Below, one piece after another: positions 14,991 through 27,448 of a DNA stretch of 64,000 nucleotides. Where the stretch lies: assembly GCA_030390025.1 (NCBI GenBank), contig JASTWF010000036.1, positions 868,001-932,000 on the forward strand, written 5' to 3'. Within the stretch, counting starts at the first letter, position 1. The number at the start of each line of letters is the position of its first letter. Below the pieces are notes generated by a model. The model was not told the origin of the DNA. It ran no database searches and saw only the letters and a program-made list of their open reading frames with translations. The stretch comes from Squalus acanthias (Eukaryota). The position numbers and the translations under genes are program-made.

Positions 14991-16184
14991 GTAGCAACCT
15001 TTACACTGGCTGGCCAACTGGTGCATAAATCACATCCCGAGAGTCACAGCGCGTTAAAATTCTGCGTTCAGGCAGAATATGAACCAGATTTAGCAGCAAT
15101 AGTTTCAAACAGCTCTGGCAGTTTGTGTAGCGTAACCTTGTTAAATACATAACTTTGCCAAGAAATCTGATGTTCGAATCCCAGAGTTTCTATAAACTGC
15201 AGATAAATGCAGTCAATTTGTAAATCTTTTTATGACAGCCCATTTAAATTACTCGTTCAACAATTCAAGTTGAAGAAACCACTTAACAAAAGCCTTATGT
15301 AAAACCTGGTGATTAATTCACAGCTTTGCGAATGGCCTCATGTTCTATAAATGCATGCCAATCATTTCCATACTGGTGCAATCTATCGAGCTTTTACTGA
15401 GCCCACGGGCTCCATGTCAGCCCTGGTCAAAATGAAGAGCCGTAGGACTTGGTGACACTGTGGAATAGACACAGAATCTGTTGAGGGACAGGGGCATCCT
15501 GGCATAAGTACCAGCCTGCACCTGCCCGGGACTTCCGCCGCTGACCCTACCACAGTTCCTGTGGTCGCGGGGAGGCCCGTCAATTTTAGTACCAATGGCG
15601 GGCACCCATTCCACTAGGTACGCATCTAGAACACTGACCTGTGCCACATGTCTGGTCTGGGGTGGAAGGGAGATGTCCAGGACCCTCCCTTGGAAAGAAC
15701 TTAAATGTGCCCCTCCTTCACGACCCCCTTTGTGAGGGGCTGCTTTGAAATATTTTAAAAGTGAGACTTGCCTGTCTTTTCTGCGGGGGTCCTGGCCACA
15801 ATTCCAGCCCGGACCCCCAGGTGGGACCATAGGGATTGCTAGACGGAAAAAAGACCGAAAGTCTATCTGGTTCGCCTTCTAGCATCCTGGTACAATGATA
15901 ATGGAGTTGTTGACCAATCACAGCAATCAATCTCTATCAATGAGTCTACAACAGACCCAGACATGAGGCGAGGAAATTCCCAGTGGTGGAGAGCTTTGGG
16001 AGCCATAGGTCCAAAGTCACTTGTTCCTCCCAAGCACGCTACCCTTGTTATGTCTCAAATTAATCAAAATTCTGTATCCCAAAATGTGGGCCCCACCACA
16101 GGCCCCGTCCCATCTTGCGCCGCTGACCTTGTAGGGAGCAGGCAGAGTTACAGTGGGAGTGCGACAGAAGGGCCGGGGATGTTT

Positions 16185-16375
16185 GGACGCAGTCTTTTCA
16201 CGCCTGGGACCTGGGTTCAAATCCACTTCAGACTGCTGGGACGAAGCTCTTTCACAGCAACCGGGAAGAAACGAGTCCTATGTGAAATCAGTTTTGGGTC
16301 GTCTCGGTGCAGTTCCCAGTGGACATCCATTCACAGAACAAAAGCGGCCCTTAGTTCAGCACTAATCTTATGAAG
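16185..16375 (+). mobile_element. LF-SINE-like fragment
   Basis: B box GGGTTCAAATCC (16213) followed by CCTATGTGAAAT.AGTT...GTCTC.GT.CAGTTCC.AGTGGAC, matching the LF-SINE core as recalled. Confidence 0.6.
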
Positions 16376-16549
16376 GCCACAGGAAGGCTGGTAGGGGGGA
16401 AAACGTAAATGTCATGCTGACCTACAAGGTACAACCCCAAGGTTCAGCTTGTGTGACAAGAGGCGCTTAATCTGATGGCAAATGGGTAGGCCCAGATTTC
16501 CATAGATCTGTGACGCTGCTGGTTCTCTACAAGTTTATACTTGGGAGTT

Positions 16550-16978
16550 CAGAGTCAGATGGTTGTGGGTTCAAGTCCAGAGACTTGAGCACAAAAATCT
16601 AGGCCGACACTCCAGTGCAGTACTGAGGGAGCGCCGCCCTGTCGGAGGTGCCGTCTTTCGGATGAGGCGTTAAACCGAGGCCCCGTCTGCTCTCTCAGGT
16701 GGATATAAAAGATCCTATGCACTATTTCGAAGAAGAGCGGGGGAATTCTCCCCGGTGTCCTGGCCAATATTTATCCCTCAATCAACGTCTAAAACAGATT
16801 AACTGGCCATTTATCACATTGCTGTCTGTGGGAGCTTGCTGTGCGCAAATTGGCTGCCGCGTTTCCTACATTACAACAGTGACTCCACTTCAAAAAATAC
16901 TTCATTGACTGTAAAACGCTTTGGAAAGTCCGGTGGTCGTGAAAGGCGCTATATAAATGCAAGTCTTTCTTTCTTTCA
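16550..16978 (+). mobile_element. DeuSINE (SacSINE1-like), slightly 5'-truncated
   Basis: Same core and tail as the other copies. Confidence 0.9.
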
Positions 16979-17711
16979 GAGGGAGAGAAAACCACACGTC
17001 GGCCATTAGCTACACATGCAAGTGAAGGGGAGATAGCCAGTGAAAGACACACAGAAAAAGCAGGCAGAAAAGAACAGGCAAAATAAAGAGAAAGACAAAG
17101 AAAACCCTGAGGTAGGCTAAAGCTCTTCTATTGAAGGGGTGCAGTTGGTGGCAACCAGTCAGTAACACTCCGTGTTCGTGCTCTTCAATGTGAAGGGCTG
17201 ACCTTTGGAGACCTGATGACATCAGAGGCCCAGGTTTTAATGGACCACATGCTGTTGGCTAGCAACTAAACACACAGAGCCACTTTCCTCTTTTTGGTTC
17301 TGGGAATCATGGGTCACTGGCCTTCAACAGGCCGTGAGTGGAGTGCCAGTCAAAGCAAGAGAAACAGGGGAAAGTGGTGCACCGACTTTGTGGGTCTTCA
17401 TTGAACCCGAATCCCAGGACCCCTTCTGATGTATTACGACAATGGAAGAATTTGAAGCTCCCTGAACAATCTGCCTTAATCCCAGCCTCGAAAGATGACC
17501 TGCGACATCTCCATTTCCCACCTTTATTTTGGGATGAGAGTTGTGTCAATGTTTCTGCGTGCGTGTGGTTGCTGCCCAGGTTTTGTTTGCGATCAGCACC
17601 AGGTTATTTTTGGTGCAAGTGGAATTGGTTGGCGACGAGAAGAGTGAAAAGGGAGGAGAGGAAAAACCAAATCACACACACTCACAAAGTCTTGTAATTC
17701 TCTTCCTAATT

Positions 17712-17880
17712 CGTGGGGTTACGGGGGTAGGGTGGGATATGTGTACTGTGGGGATTAAAGCAGGGACAGGGTACTGGATTTGGATGATCAGCCATGATCG
17801 TATTGAATGGCGGAGCAGGCTCGACGGGCCGAATGGCCTACTCCTGCTCCTAGATTCTATGTTTCTATTCTATGTTTCTA
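17712..17880 (+). mobile_element. HE1 tail fragment plus CR1 3' UTR fragment
   Basis: CGTGGGGTTACGGGGGTAGGGTGGGATATG (HE1 3' part), then CR1 tail GATCAGCCATGATC...(TTCTATGT)n. Confidence 0.7.
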
Positions 17881-17991
17881 ATTCCCGCCCCCTTGCTACT
17901 TCTTTCCCCACCTTTAAAGACCTGCTCCAAACCTACCTCTTCAAACTTCACAGCAGCGGCGGTGCGGACCTAGGAGGAGCGGGTGGCAGGG

Positions 17992-18108
17992 TATAAAAGC
18001 GAGCCCGAGGAGCAGGTAGGTCCACCAATCTCAGAGCGGGAGACAGAAGTAAAAAGTAATCGAAGTGTGACGTCATCAGAAAGCAGGTAAGTGATTGGTT
18101 GGTGAGTA
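17992..18108 (+). promoter_or_regulatory. Putative CR1 5' UTR Pol II promoter motifs
   Basis: TATAAAA 17992, CCAAT ~18025, CRE TGACGTCA 18068-18075, inverted CCAAT 18094, splice donors CAG|GTAAGT and G|GTGAGT; motif matches only. Confidence 0.4.
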
Positions 18109-18284
18109 TTTCTCTCTTTCTCCTTTTTTCCATACTTAAATTCTGTGGTTTCTAGTTTCTAGAGTCTCTGTGGTGTAGCGGAGACTGCTGTTAAACAAGG
18201 GCCCTTGAGTATATCATTTAATAGTGGTGTAATTGGTGGGATTGATTTGACTTAATTTAATTTGAATTAATTAAAGGGTAAGTC

Positions 18285-19207
18285 ATGTCAGGACAGCTCG
18301 GCGCCGTGTTATGCTCCTCCTGCACTATGTGGGAAATCAGGGACACTTCCTGTTTCCCTGACGACCATGTGTGCGGGAAGTGTATCCAGCTGCAGCTACT
18401 GGCAGACCGCATTGCGGCGCTGGAGCTGCGAGTGGATGCATACTGGAGTGTTCGCGATGCTGAGGACGTCGTGGATAGCACGTTTAGTGAGTTGGTCACA
18501 CCGCGGGTAAAGGAATGGGTGACCACCAGGCAGAGCAGTAGGCGCAGGCAGGTAGTGCAGTGGCCATCTCCCTCTCAAACAGATATACCGCTTTGGATAT
18601 TGTTGGGGAGGATGGCTTACCGGGGGAAGGCAGCAGCAGCCAACTTCCTGGCACCGAGGGTGTTTCTGCTGCACAGGAAGGGAGGAAAAAGAGTGGGAGA
18701 GCTATAGTGATAGGGGATTCTATTGTAAGAGGAATAGATAGGCGTTTCTGCGGCCGCAAACGAGACTCCAGGATGGTGTGTTGCCTCCCTGGTGCAAGGG
18801 TCAAGGATGTCTCAGAGTGGCTGCAGAACATTCTGGAGGGGGAGGGTGAACAGCCAGTTGTCGTGGTGCATATCGGTACCAACGATATAGGTAAAAAACG
18901 GGATGAGGTCCTAAAAGCTGAATATAGGGAGTTAGGAGGTAAATTAAAAAATAGGACCTCAAAGGTAGTAATCTCAGGATTGTTACCAGTGCCACGTGCT
19001 AGTCAGAGTAGAAATAGAAGGATATTTCAGATGAATACGTGGCTAGAGGAATGGTGCAAGGGGGAGGGATTCAAATTCCTGGGACATTGGAACCGGTTCT
19101 GGGGGAGGTGGGACCAGTACAAACCGGACGGTTTGCACCTGAGCAGGACCGGGACCGATGTCCTAGGGGGAGTGTTTGCTAGTGCTCTGGGGGAGGATTT
19201 AAACTAA
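18285..19207 (+). pseudogene. CR1 ORF1 (CxxC/CxxC zinc finger, coiled coil, SGNH esterase), frameshifted near 18560
   Basis: CSSC...CGKC in 18285..18707; GDSIVR, HIGTND and DGLHL esterase motifs in 18560..19207, a different frame. Confidence 0.9.
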
Positions 19208-22200
19208 AATGGCAGGGGGTTGGGAACCTGAGCAGGGAGACAGAGAAAAGGGAAACAAGGATAGAAGCAAAAGACAGGAAGGAGAAAAACAAAGGTGGCA
19301 GTCAGAGAAATCAAGGGTTTAAATCAAACATGGCCACAGTAAATAATAATTCTAAAAGGTCTAAGAGCATTAAAAAAACAAGCCTGAAGGCTTTGGGGTA
19401 GAAATTAGGTCGCGCCCCATTTGGGGCGCAAATATCGTCTGGACGCAAATATTAGCGCCTGGCGCTAATTATCGGCACTGACTGGAAACTTAACTTTTAC
19501 CGCCCCGGGAGGTGAGTGGAGCGCTAAAGCAGGCGCTGCACACCTGTCTTAAGGCGCAAAGGCCAAGGAGTGAGGCGCTAACTCAGAGCGCTGGCGAAGC
19601 TCATGTAATGTCAGTCAGCAATGGAACACACACACAATGGCACGGGCCAGTTCTTAAAGGGGATGGTTAATCTTGCTTTCCATCCACATCCTGTTCATTG
19701 CAGCCTTGAATCTCGGCCTGGAGAGACTTGCACATCAAATGTGCTGGAAAGAACAATGGAGAGTACCAGGCAAAGAGCTCAGAGTGCAGCTCCCACAGTC
19801 TCTGCTAAATCGATACAAGGAATGGCAAATCAAAATGAACCTGCAAAGTGCTGCTCAGTACCCAAAACTCCTTCACACAACGTTGAATCTCTCCAGAAGT
19901 CTCTCCCTCTCTCTCTCAGAATGCGTAGTTCAAAAATGCCACCAACAATAAAAGACAGGAAGAGGCCCCCTTTAAATAGCGCCCCCCCCAGCCCCACAGC
20001 GATTGATAGCGTTCCAGTCTTCTGGTCGTTGGATGCGCCAGGCGGTAAGGCAGGGGGCGCCACTCAATTTCCGCTCCAGGGCGCCACAAGGGCGTTGCAC
20101 CATGGAATGACGTCACAATCTGCGCGCGCAGGTGGTCGCAGCGGTAAAGTTTAGCGCCGCCGCACCATGTCAAGTTAAGTTCCCGAGCGGCGCAAACATC
20201 GCTGCGCCCGGGCGTTAGCGGCTTTGCGCCCCATTAGCGCCCTCTTAAGGCGCTAACGGGAGGCGCTACCAACTGAATTTTTACCCTTTTGTGTCTTAAT
20301 GCAAGGAGCATTCGTAATAAGGTGGATGAATTAGCTGCGCAAATAGAGGTAAACGAATATGATATGATTGGGATTACGGAAACATGGCTCCAGGGTGACC
20401 AAGGCTGGGAACTCAACATCCAGGGGTATTCAATATTCAGGAAAGATAGGCAAAAAGGAAAAGGAGGTGGGGTAGCATTGCTGGTTAAAGAGGGGATTAA
20501 CACAATTGAAAGGAAGGATATTAGCTCTGATGATGTGGAATCTGTATGGGTAGAACTGAGAAATACCAAGGGGCAGAAAACGTTAGTGGGAGTGGTATAC
20601 AGACCCCCAAACAGTAATGCGGAGGTTGGGGATGGCATTAAAAGGGAAATTAGAGAAGCGTGCAATAATGGCACAGCAGTTATCATGGGTGACTTTAATC
20701 TACATATAGATTGGGCTAACCAAATTAGCAACAGTACTATGGAGGAGGAATTCCTGGAGTGTATACGGGATGGTTTCCTGGACCAATATGTCGAGGAACC
20801 AACCAGAGATAAGGCCATCTTAGACTGGGTATTATGTAATGAGAAAGGATTAATTAGCAATCTTGTTGTGCGAGGCCCCTTGGGTCGGAGCGATCATAAT
20901 ATGATAGAATTCTTCATTAAAATGGAGAGTGAAGTAGTTGACTCGGAGACTAGGGTCCTGAATTTAAATAAAGGAAACTACTATGGTATGAGGCGCGAGT
21001 TGGGAAGGATTGATTGGGGAATGTTACTCAAAGGGCTGACGGTGGATAGGCAATGGCAAACATTCAAAGATCGCATGGATGAACTGCAGAATTTGTTCAT
21101 CCCAGTTTGGCATAAGAATAAAACAAAAAAGGTGACTCAACCGTGGCTAACAAGGGAAATTAGGAATAGCATAAGATCCAAGGAGAGGACATATAAATTG
21201 GCCAGAAAAAGCAGTAAACCTGAGGATTGGGAGCAGTTTAGGATTCAGCAAAGGAGGACAAAGGGATTAATTAAGAGGGGGAAAATAGAGTATGAGAGTA
21301 AACTTGCAGGGAACATAAAAACTGACTGTAAAAGCTTTTATAGATATGTGAAGAGAAAAAGATTGGTGAAGTCAAACGTAGGTCCCTTGCAGTCAGAATC
21401 AGGGGAATTTATAATGGGGAACAAAGAAATGGCAGGCCAATTAAATACATACTTTGGTTCTGTCTTCACAAAGGAGGACATAAATAACCTCCCAGAGATG
21501 TCGGGGAACATAGGGTCTAATGAGAGGGAGGAACTGAAAGAAATCAGTATTTGTAGGGAAATGGTGTTAGCGAAATTGACGGGATTGAAGGCCGATAAAT
21601 CCCCAGGGCCTGATAATCTACATCCTAGGGTACTTAAGGAAGTGGCCCTGGAAATAGTAGATGCATTGCTGGTCATCTACCAAAATTCGATAGATTCTGG
21701 AACAGTACCCATGGATTGGAGGGTAGCTAATGTTACCCCACTATTCAAAAAAGGTGGTAGAGAGAAAACGGGGAATTATAGACCGATAAGCCTGACATCG
21801 GTAGTGGGGAAAATGCTGGAGTCCATTATAAAAGATGTAATAGCAGAGCACTTGGAAAACAGTGACAGGATCGGACAAAGTCAATATGGATTTACAAAAG
21901 GTAAATCATGCTTGACTAATCCACTGGAATTTTTTGAAGATGTAACTGGTAAAATAGATAAGGGAGAACCAGTGGATGTGGTGTATTTGGACTTTCAGAA
22001 GGCTTTCAATAAGGTCCCGCATAAGAGATTAGCGTGTAAAGTTAAGGCACATGGGATTGGGGGCAAGGTATTGACTTGGATAGAGAACTGGTTGGCAGAC
22101 AGAAAGCAAAGAGTTGGAATAAACGGGTCTTTTTCCGAGTGGCAGGCAGTGACTAGTGGGGTACCGCAGGGATCGGTCCTAGGACCCCAGCTATTCACAA

Positions 22201-23087
22201 TATATATTAATGATCTAGACGAGGGAACGAGATGTAATATCTCCAAGTTTGCAGATGACACAAAGCTGGGTGGGCGTGTGTGCTGTGAGGAGGATGCCGA
22301 AAAACTCCAGTATGATTTGGACAGGTTGGGTGATTGGGCAGAATCATGGCAGATGCATTATAATGTGGATAAATGTGAGGTTATCCACTTTGGTGTCAAA
22401 AACGGGAAGGCAGATTATTATCTGAATGGCAATAGATTGGGAGAAGGGGAAGTGCAACGAGACCTGGGTGTCCTTGTGCACCAGTCGCTGAAGGTAAGCA
22501 TGCAGGTGCAGCAGGCGGTTAAGAAGGCAAATGGTATGTTGGCCTTCGTAGCGAGAGGGTTCGAATACAGGAACAAGGATGTCTTGCTGCAGTTGTACAG
22601 GGCCTTGGTGAGACCACACCTTGAGTATTGTGTGCAGTTTTGGTCGCCTTATCTGAGGAAGGATGTTCTTGCCATGGAGTGAGTGCAGCGAAGATTCACC
22701 AGGCTGATACCTGGGATGGCAGGAATGACGTATGAGGAGAGATTGGGTCGATTGGGCTTATACTCGCTGGAGTTTAGAAGAATGAGAGGGGATCTCATTG
22801 AAACTTATAAAATTCTAACAGGACTAGACAGACTAGATGCAGGAAGGATGTTCCCGATGGTCGGGGAGTCCAGAACCAGGGGTCACAGTCTAAAGATAAG
22901 GGGTAAGCCATTTAGGACAGAAATGAGGAGGAATTTCTTCACCCAGAGAGTGGTGAACCTGTGGAATTCTCTACCACAGAAGGCAGTGGAGGCCAATTCA
23001 TTAAATATATTCAAGAAGGAGTTAGATATATTTCTTAAGGCTAAAGGGATCAAGGGATATGGGGAAAAGGCAGGGACAGGGTACTGA
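19198..23087 (+). pseudogene. CR1 ORF2 (APE endonuclease plus reverse transcriptase), disrupted by a MITE and one nonsense mutation
   Basis: NARSI, TETW, GDFN and SDH endonuclease motifs; GVPQGSVLGP and FADD RT motifs; frame continuous across 19394/20291 once the MITE and one TSD copy are removed (LKA|LCLNARS); GGA>TGA at 22680; start uncertain (ATG 19330 or frameshift). Confidence 0.93.
19395..20287 (+). mobile_element. Non-autonomous PIF/Harbinger-type element, family A (893 bp)
   Basis: TIR GGGGTAGAAATT / AATTTTTACCCT; TTT TSD restoring the CR1 frame; many subterminal TTAGCGCC/GGCGCTAA motifs; inverted relative at 53040. Confidence 0.9.
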
Positions 23088-23198
23088 ATTTGGATGATCA
23101 GCAGGCTCGAGGGGCCGAATGGCCTACTCCTGCTCCTATCTTCTATGTCTATGTTTATGTTTCACACTTGCCTTCAATCGCCCCACCCATCCCCTAAC

Positions 23199-23456
23199 TA
23201 GGGTTGCCAACTCTGGTTGGACGTATTCCTGGAGGACTCATCACATGACCTCCCGCCGCCAAACGCCTCGCCCGGTCAAACAGCCTCCGTTTCCCATCTC
23301 CATTATTTTTATAGCTGATAAACAAAAGTGTTAAAAGATAATGAGAAAAACCACACAATAATGCCCCTATGATTTTTCTCCTGGATTGAACCCAGGAGAG
23401 GAATCTTTAATCCCTGGAGACTCCAGGGCAACCCTGGAAAGTTGGCAACAGCCCTA
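23199..23456. mobile_element. hAT-type MITE (TAGGGTTGCCAAC termini)
   Basis: TIR TAGGGTTGCCAAC / GTTGGCAACAGCCCTA; 8-bp TSD CCCCTAAC / CCCCCAAC. Confidence 0.85.
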
Positions 23457-24313
23457 CCCCCAACCTCTATCCCACTCAGTATTCATCAATCCCTTTCTAA
23501 AGACATTTTGATACATGAAAGGCCCGAGATAAATGTAAGCCATCGAACATGAGTTAGTCATTAAGTTGTAACATATTCTCCGCCTACATTAACACTACAA
23601 GAACAACAAGCAATTTGAAAGACAACGGAATTCACATGCGCTTGCTTATATTGGCTGGTACAGCGTGTAACCCTGTGTGATGCTTAGATCAAAACATCAA
23701 ACTATCAGCTGCAGAAGTTTCCCAGCATGTGCTGTGCACCAGTCTCCCTGCCTGCAGGCTCCCAAAATAAACAGTGAATCCATCCAGCTTGTGAGGAATT
23801 TGATCGCAGCAAGAAAGCTTTTAGTCTATGTCAATAGCTCTTCAACATCCAGAAAGTGGATAGCTTTTAAGAGAGAATTCATTACTGCACAAATGGGGTC
23901 ATACAGAGCTATTAACTCCTTCAGTAATGCTTGGCGCTTGCTTGAAGTCTCTCATTTGAATCCTGCTGAATGTTTAAGCAAGTTGCAGACTCCATCAGGA
24001 TTTTCCTATCACCTTCGAAAGAAATTATCTCGCAAATCTGTCGGTTTATTTAGTCACTTGGCATTCTGACCTTAAACATTTGTTGGCACATATTTTACAC
24101 AAAACTAACACTTAGATTTTTGAAATACCTTTTGGGCACTGCCAATTTTCTTACGCCCACTTGCATTTTCCATCAGGGGCCCTGAGCCCCTGACTGATAT
24201 TTTTCCCTCCTCCCCAGCCCAGGGCTGCAGTGAACAATTCGAATGGCCCTATTGCCATCTAGTTGAGATCAGGATCAATGGGGGTTCAGACCTGGGACTT
24301 TCCTGGTCTGTAT

Positions 24314-24575
24314 GGGGCAGATTTTCACCTTCCCGGCCTGGGCAGTAAGCTGGCAGAGTGGATCGCCCGCCCTTTATAGAACCCGCTTGATTTTCATTCC
24401 GCAACACCTGGGTTGGGTGGCCCTCCTGTGCCTGTTGTGAGGTGAGTAAAAATGGCAGTGGGTGGGAACACATCAGGAATGCAGCACGAACCCCCCCACC
24501 CCCCCGCCTCCGACGACTATTTTACCAACCCGCCTGCTCCTTTCGCACTGGGCGGGCTGGGTTACAATCCGGGCT
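24314..24575. mobile_element. Degenerate Harbinger-type MITE
   Basis: GGGGCAGATTTTCACC start, weak inverted end GGTTACAATCCGGGCT, CCCGCC motifs. Confidence 0.4.
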
Positions 24576-24842
24576 TTTAAGAGTCAATCAATCAAGGATG
24601 GTATTTCTCGTGTTCCACATCAGTTTGAGACAATGAGGTTTGTTAATACATCCCAAAGAAGAAATGAGCTTCATTCATGTGAGCCCAGCAGAGGGGGAGT
24701 AGGGGAGAAGGGGCCCTGCCAGGGAAGCTTGGAGGGCAGTAGGCCGTTTGATTGGCTGCTCAAGTGGCCAATGTCCAGGGAGCTCAGGGAGGGTCAGAGG
24801 TCTTTTGCTTCCTGTACTAGGAAAGGAAGTCAGAAACACACA

Positions 24843-25486
24843 GGCCCCAAAATTCCACAGGGGTTCTCCTGGTCTCCCGCTGTAATTTCAGTGTCAGACC
24901 AGCACAACACAGAAAGAAACAGCTGAAAGCGGTCATTTGCAGCCATTTTCTCTGAAGGTTTCCTGGGATGAGAGGGCTGTCCAATAATGAGAGATTGTGT
25001 AGAATGGGCCTATACTCTCTGGAGTTTAGAAGAATGAGAGGTGATCTCATTGAAACATACAAGATTCTGAAGGGGATTGACAGGGTAGATGCTGAGAGGT
25101 TGTTTTCCCCCCTGGCTGGAGAGTCTAGAACTAGGGGTCATAGTCTCAGGATAAGGGGTCGGCCATTTAGGACTGAGATGAGGAGGAATTTCTTCACTCA
25201 GAGGGTTGTGAATCTTTGGAATTCTCTGCCCCAGAGGGCTGTGGAGGCTCAGTCACTGAGTATATTCAAGGCTGAGATAGATTTTTGGACTCTACGGGAA
25301 TCGAGGGATATGGAGATCGGGCGGGAAAGTGGAGTTGAGGTCGATGATCAGCCATGATCTTATTGAATGGCGGAGCAGGCTCGAGGGGCCGTATGGCCTA
25401 CTCCTGCTCTTACTTCTTATGTTCTGCTGGTCTCCCACTGAAGTTACAGCGGGAAACCAAGAGAACACCCACAGAATTTCAAACCC
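24843..25486. mobile_element. Long-TIR MITE (Harbinger-type) split by a CR1 fragment
   Basis: ~60-bp imperfect inverted arms (GTTCTCCTGGTCTCCCGCTGTAATTTCAGTG / CACTGAAGTTACAGCGGGAAACCAAGAGAAC); ACA/ACG flanks. Confidence 0.7.
24961..25423 (+). mobile_element. CR1 3' fragment
   Basis: ORF2 C-terminus and CR1 tail. Confidence 0.95.
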
Positions 25487-26534
25487 ACGGTCTCCAAGAG
25501 TTGGCAAAGAAGAGACCCAGAGAGTGAGAGCTCTATCTTTCTAATAGGAATAGTGTAGGTGGTTTGTTATTTTCTTTGTTATGAGGAGCATTATCAAATA
25601 AGTTAAAATTGACTCTAAATATGACTTTGACCATTCACATGTTATATGTAAAATAAATCGACTTGTAGATTTATAATTGGCCTCGTATCAGTAGAGAATT
25701 CATCAATCCCTCTTTTGGAAGATAAGAGAAACACATGTGGGGGCACGTGCAAAATTACAGTCTCCAGTTCACATAACGTGGGCTTTCATAGTTGAGACCC
25801 CCCAGATCACAGCTCGACACAGTTAGATATTGGGCAGCAACAGCAAACTCCTGGTCATAGGGGAAGCTGGGTCCACTTACAGGAGTGACTGGCGATGCTT
25901 TTAATACCAGAGAATATCTATCTAGTACAGACCCTTACAAATCGGCAGAGAGAGGCCAATTTAACTCCCCTCGGTGAGCTGAAGTACATTTCCATCATGT
26001 GCCAACAACGACACAGTTCACACAAGAAAAGCTGAACTATGAAGTAAATGAGGATGGGTTTGTGGCAGTCTGGGAAAGGGGCATCAGAAGGCCAGAGGCG
26101 AAAGATTGTCATGAAAATGTACAACATGAACAGAAAACGTGCAGTGACCTAGGTGATGATGCAGGTCGATCCCAGAGGGGGAAAATGAAAGGACCATTAA
26201 GGGCGGTCAAATCATTGCAGGAAAAACAGAGATGTCAGAGTGACGAATGGAATGTTCAACTGTGGCAGCCTCGGAAAGCTCAAAAAGGAAAAAAATTAAT
26301 TGAAAGGCTCGAGTTGAAGTGACCAAAGTGTGGGAAGTACATGGAGCTGTGGATTTGCAGCAGGCTACAGTGGGGTTCTCAGGCCAGGCTTACTTATGGA
26401 AATAAATTCCACTTCCAACTGGCTTCCTGTAGCACTCCCTCGAACTAAATGCTTTCACTTTCTTTGGGAGTGGGGCAGGGGGGTTCTGTCTTTAAACCAG
26501 AATTTGTGCTCAAGGTCCATTGGGTCAATGGACA

Positions 26535-27395
26535 GTTGCCTAGGCCCTAAGCTCTGGAATTCCCTCCCTAAACTTTCCCGTCTCTCCACCTTTCTCTCCT
26601 CCTTTAAGAAGCTCCTTAAAACCTACCTCTTTGACCAAGCTTTTGGTCGCCTGTCCAAATATCTCCTTTGAGTATAAGAGTAAAGATGTATTGCTGCAAT
26701 TATATAGGGCCCTGGTGAGACCACACCTGGAGTACTGTGTACAGTTTTGATCTCCTTACCTAAGAAAGGATATACTTGCCATAGAGGGACTGCAACGAAG
26801 GGTTCACCAGACTGGTTCCTGGGATGGGGGGATTGTCCTATGAGGACAGATTGAGTAGACTAGGCCTATATTCTCCAGAGTTTAGAAGAATGAGAGGTGA
26901 TCTCATTGAAACATACAAAATTCTTACAAGGCTTGACAGGGTAGATGCAGGGAGGATGTTTCCCCTGGCTGGGGAGTCTAGAACCAGGGGTCACACAGTC
27001 TCAGGATAAAGGGTCGGCCATTTAGGACTGAGATGAGGAGAGATTTCTTCACTCAGAGGGTGGTGAATCTTTGGAACTCTCTACCCCAGAGGGTTGTGGA
27101 GGCTCAGTCGTTTAGTATATTCAAGACAGAGAGCGATAGATTTTTGAATATTAAGGAAATCAAGGGCTGTGGGGATAGCTCAGGAAAGTGAAGCTGAGGT
27201 AGAAGATCAGCCATGATCTTACTGAATGGCGGAGCAGGCTCGAAGGGCCAAATGGCCTACTCCTGCTCCTATTTCTTATGTTCTTATGTTCTTATGTGGC
27301 TCGTGTCAAAATTTGTCTGATTACGCTCCTGTGCAGCGCCTTGGGGCGTTTTACTACATTAAAGGCGCTATATAAATGCAAGTTGTTGTTGTTGA
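26535..27395 (+). mobile_element. L2 3' end interrupted by a CR1 3' fragment (26669-27296)
   Basis: L2 ...ATATCTCCTT | CR1 | ..TGGCTCGTGTCAAA resumes; CR1 ORF2 C-terminal motifs and (CTTATGTT)n. Confidence 0.88.
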
Positions 27396-27448
27396 TGTAC
27401 ATCATTCCCTGATGAAGAGGGCAGCAAACTAAGAAGGGAGTCTGAACT

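Larger units (their letters stand above)
17949..23160 (+). mobile_element. Full-length CR1 LINE with an inserted MITE
   Basis: 5' UTR, ORF1, ORF2, (CTATGT)n tail; flanked by TTCAAACTT (17940-17948) / TTCACACTT (23161-23169), a probable 9-bp TSD. Confidence 0.95.

Noticed and set aside
15590..16150. Possible DNA-transposon remnant interrupted by a LINE 3' UTR
   Set aside because: No convincing TIR or TSD found by eye
16979..17700. Purine-rich exon-like stretch and ORF 17338-17697
   Set aside because: Frames are interrupted by stops; no recognisable domain
22680..22682. In-frame TGA in CR1 ORF2 as readthrough or selenocysteine
   Set aside because: Other CR1 copies in the window have Gly (GGA/GGG) here; a simple nonsense mutation
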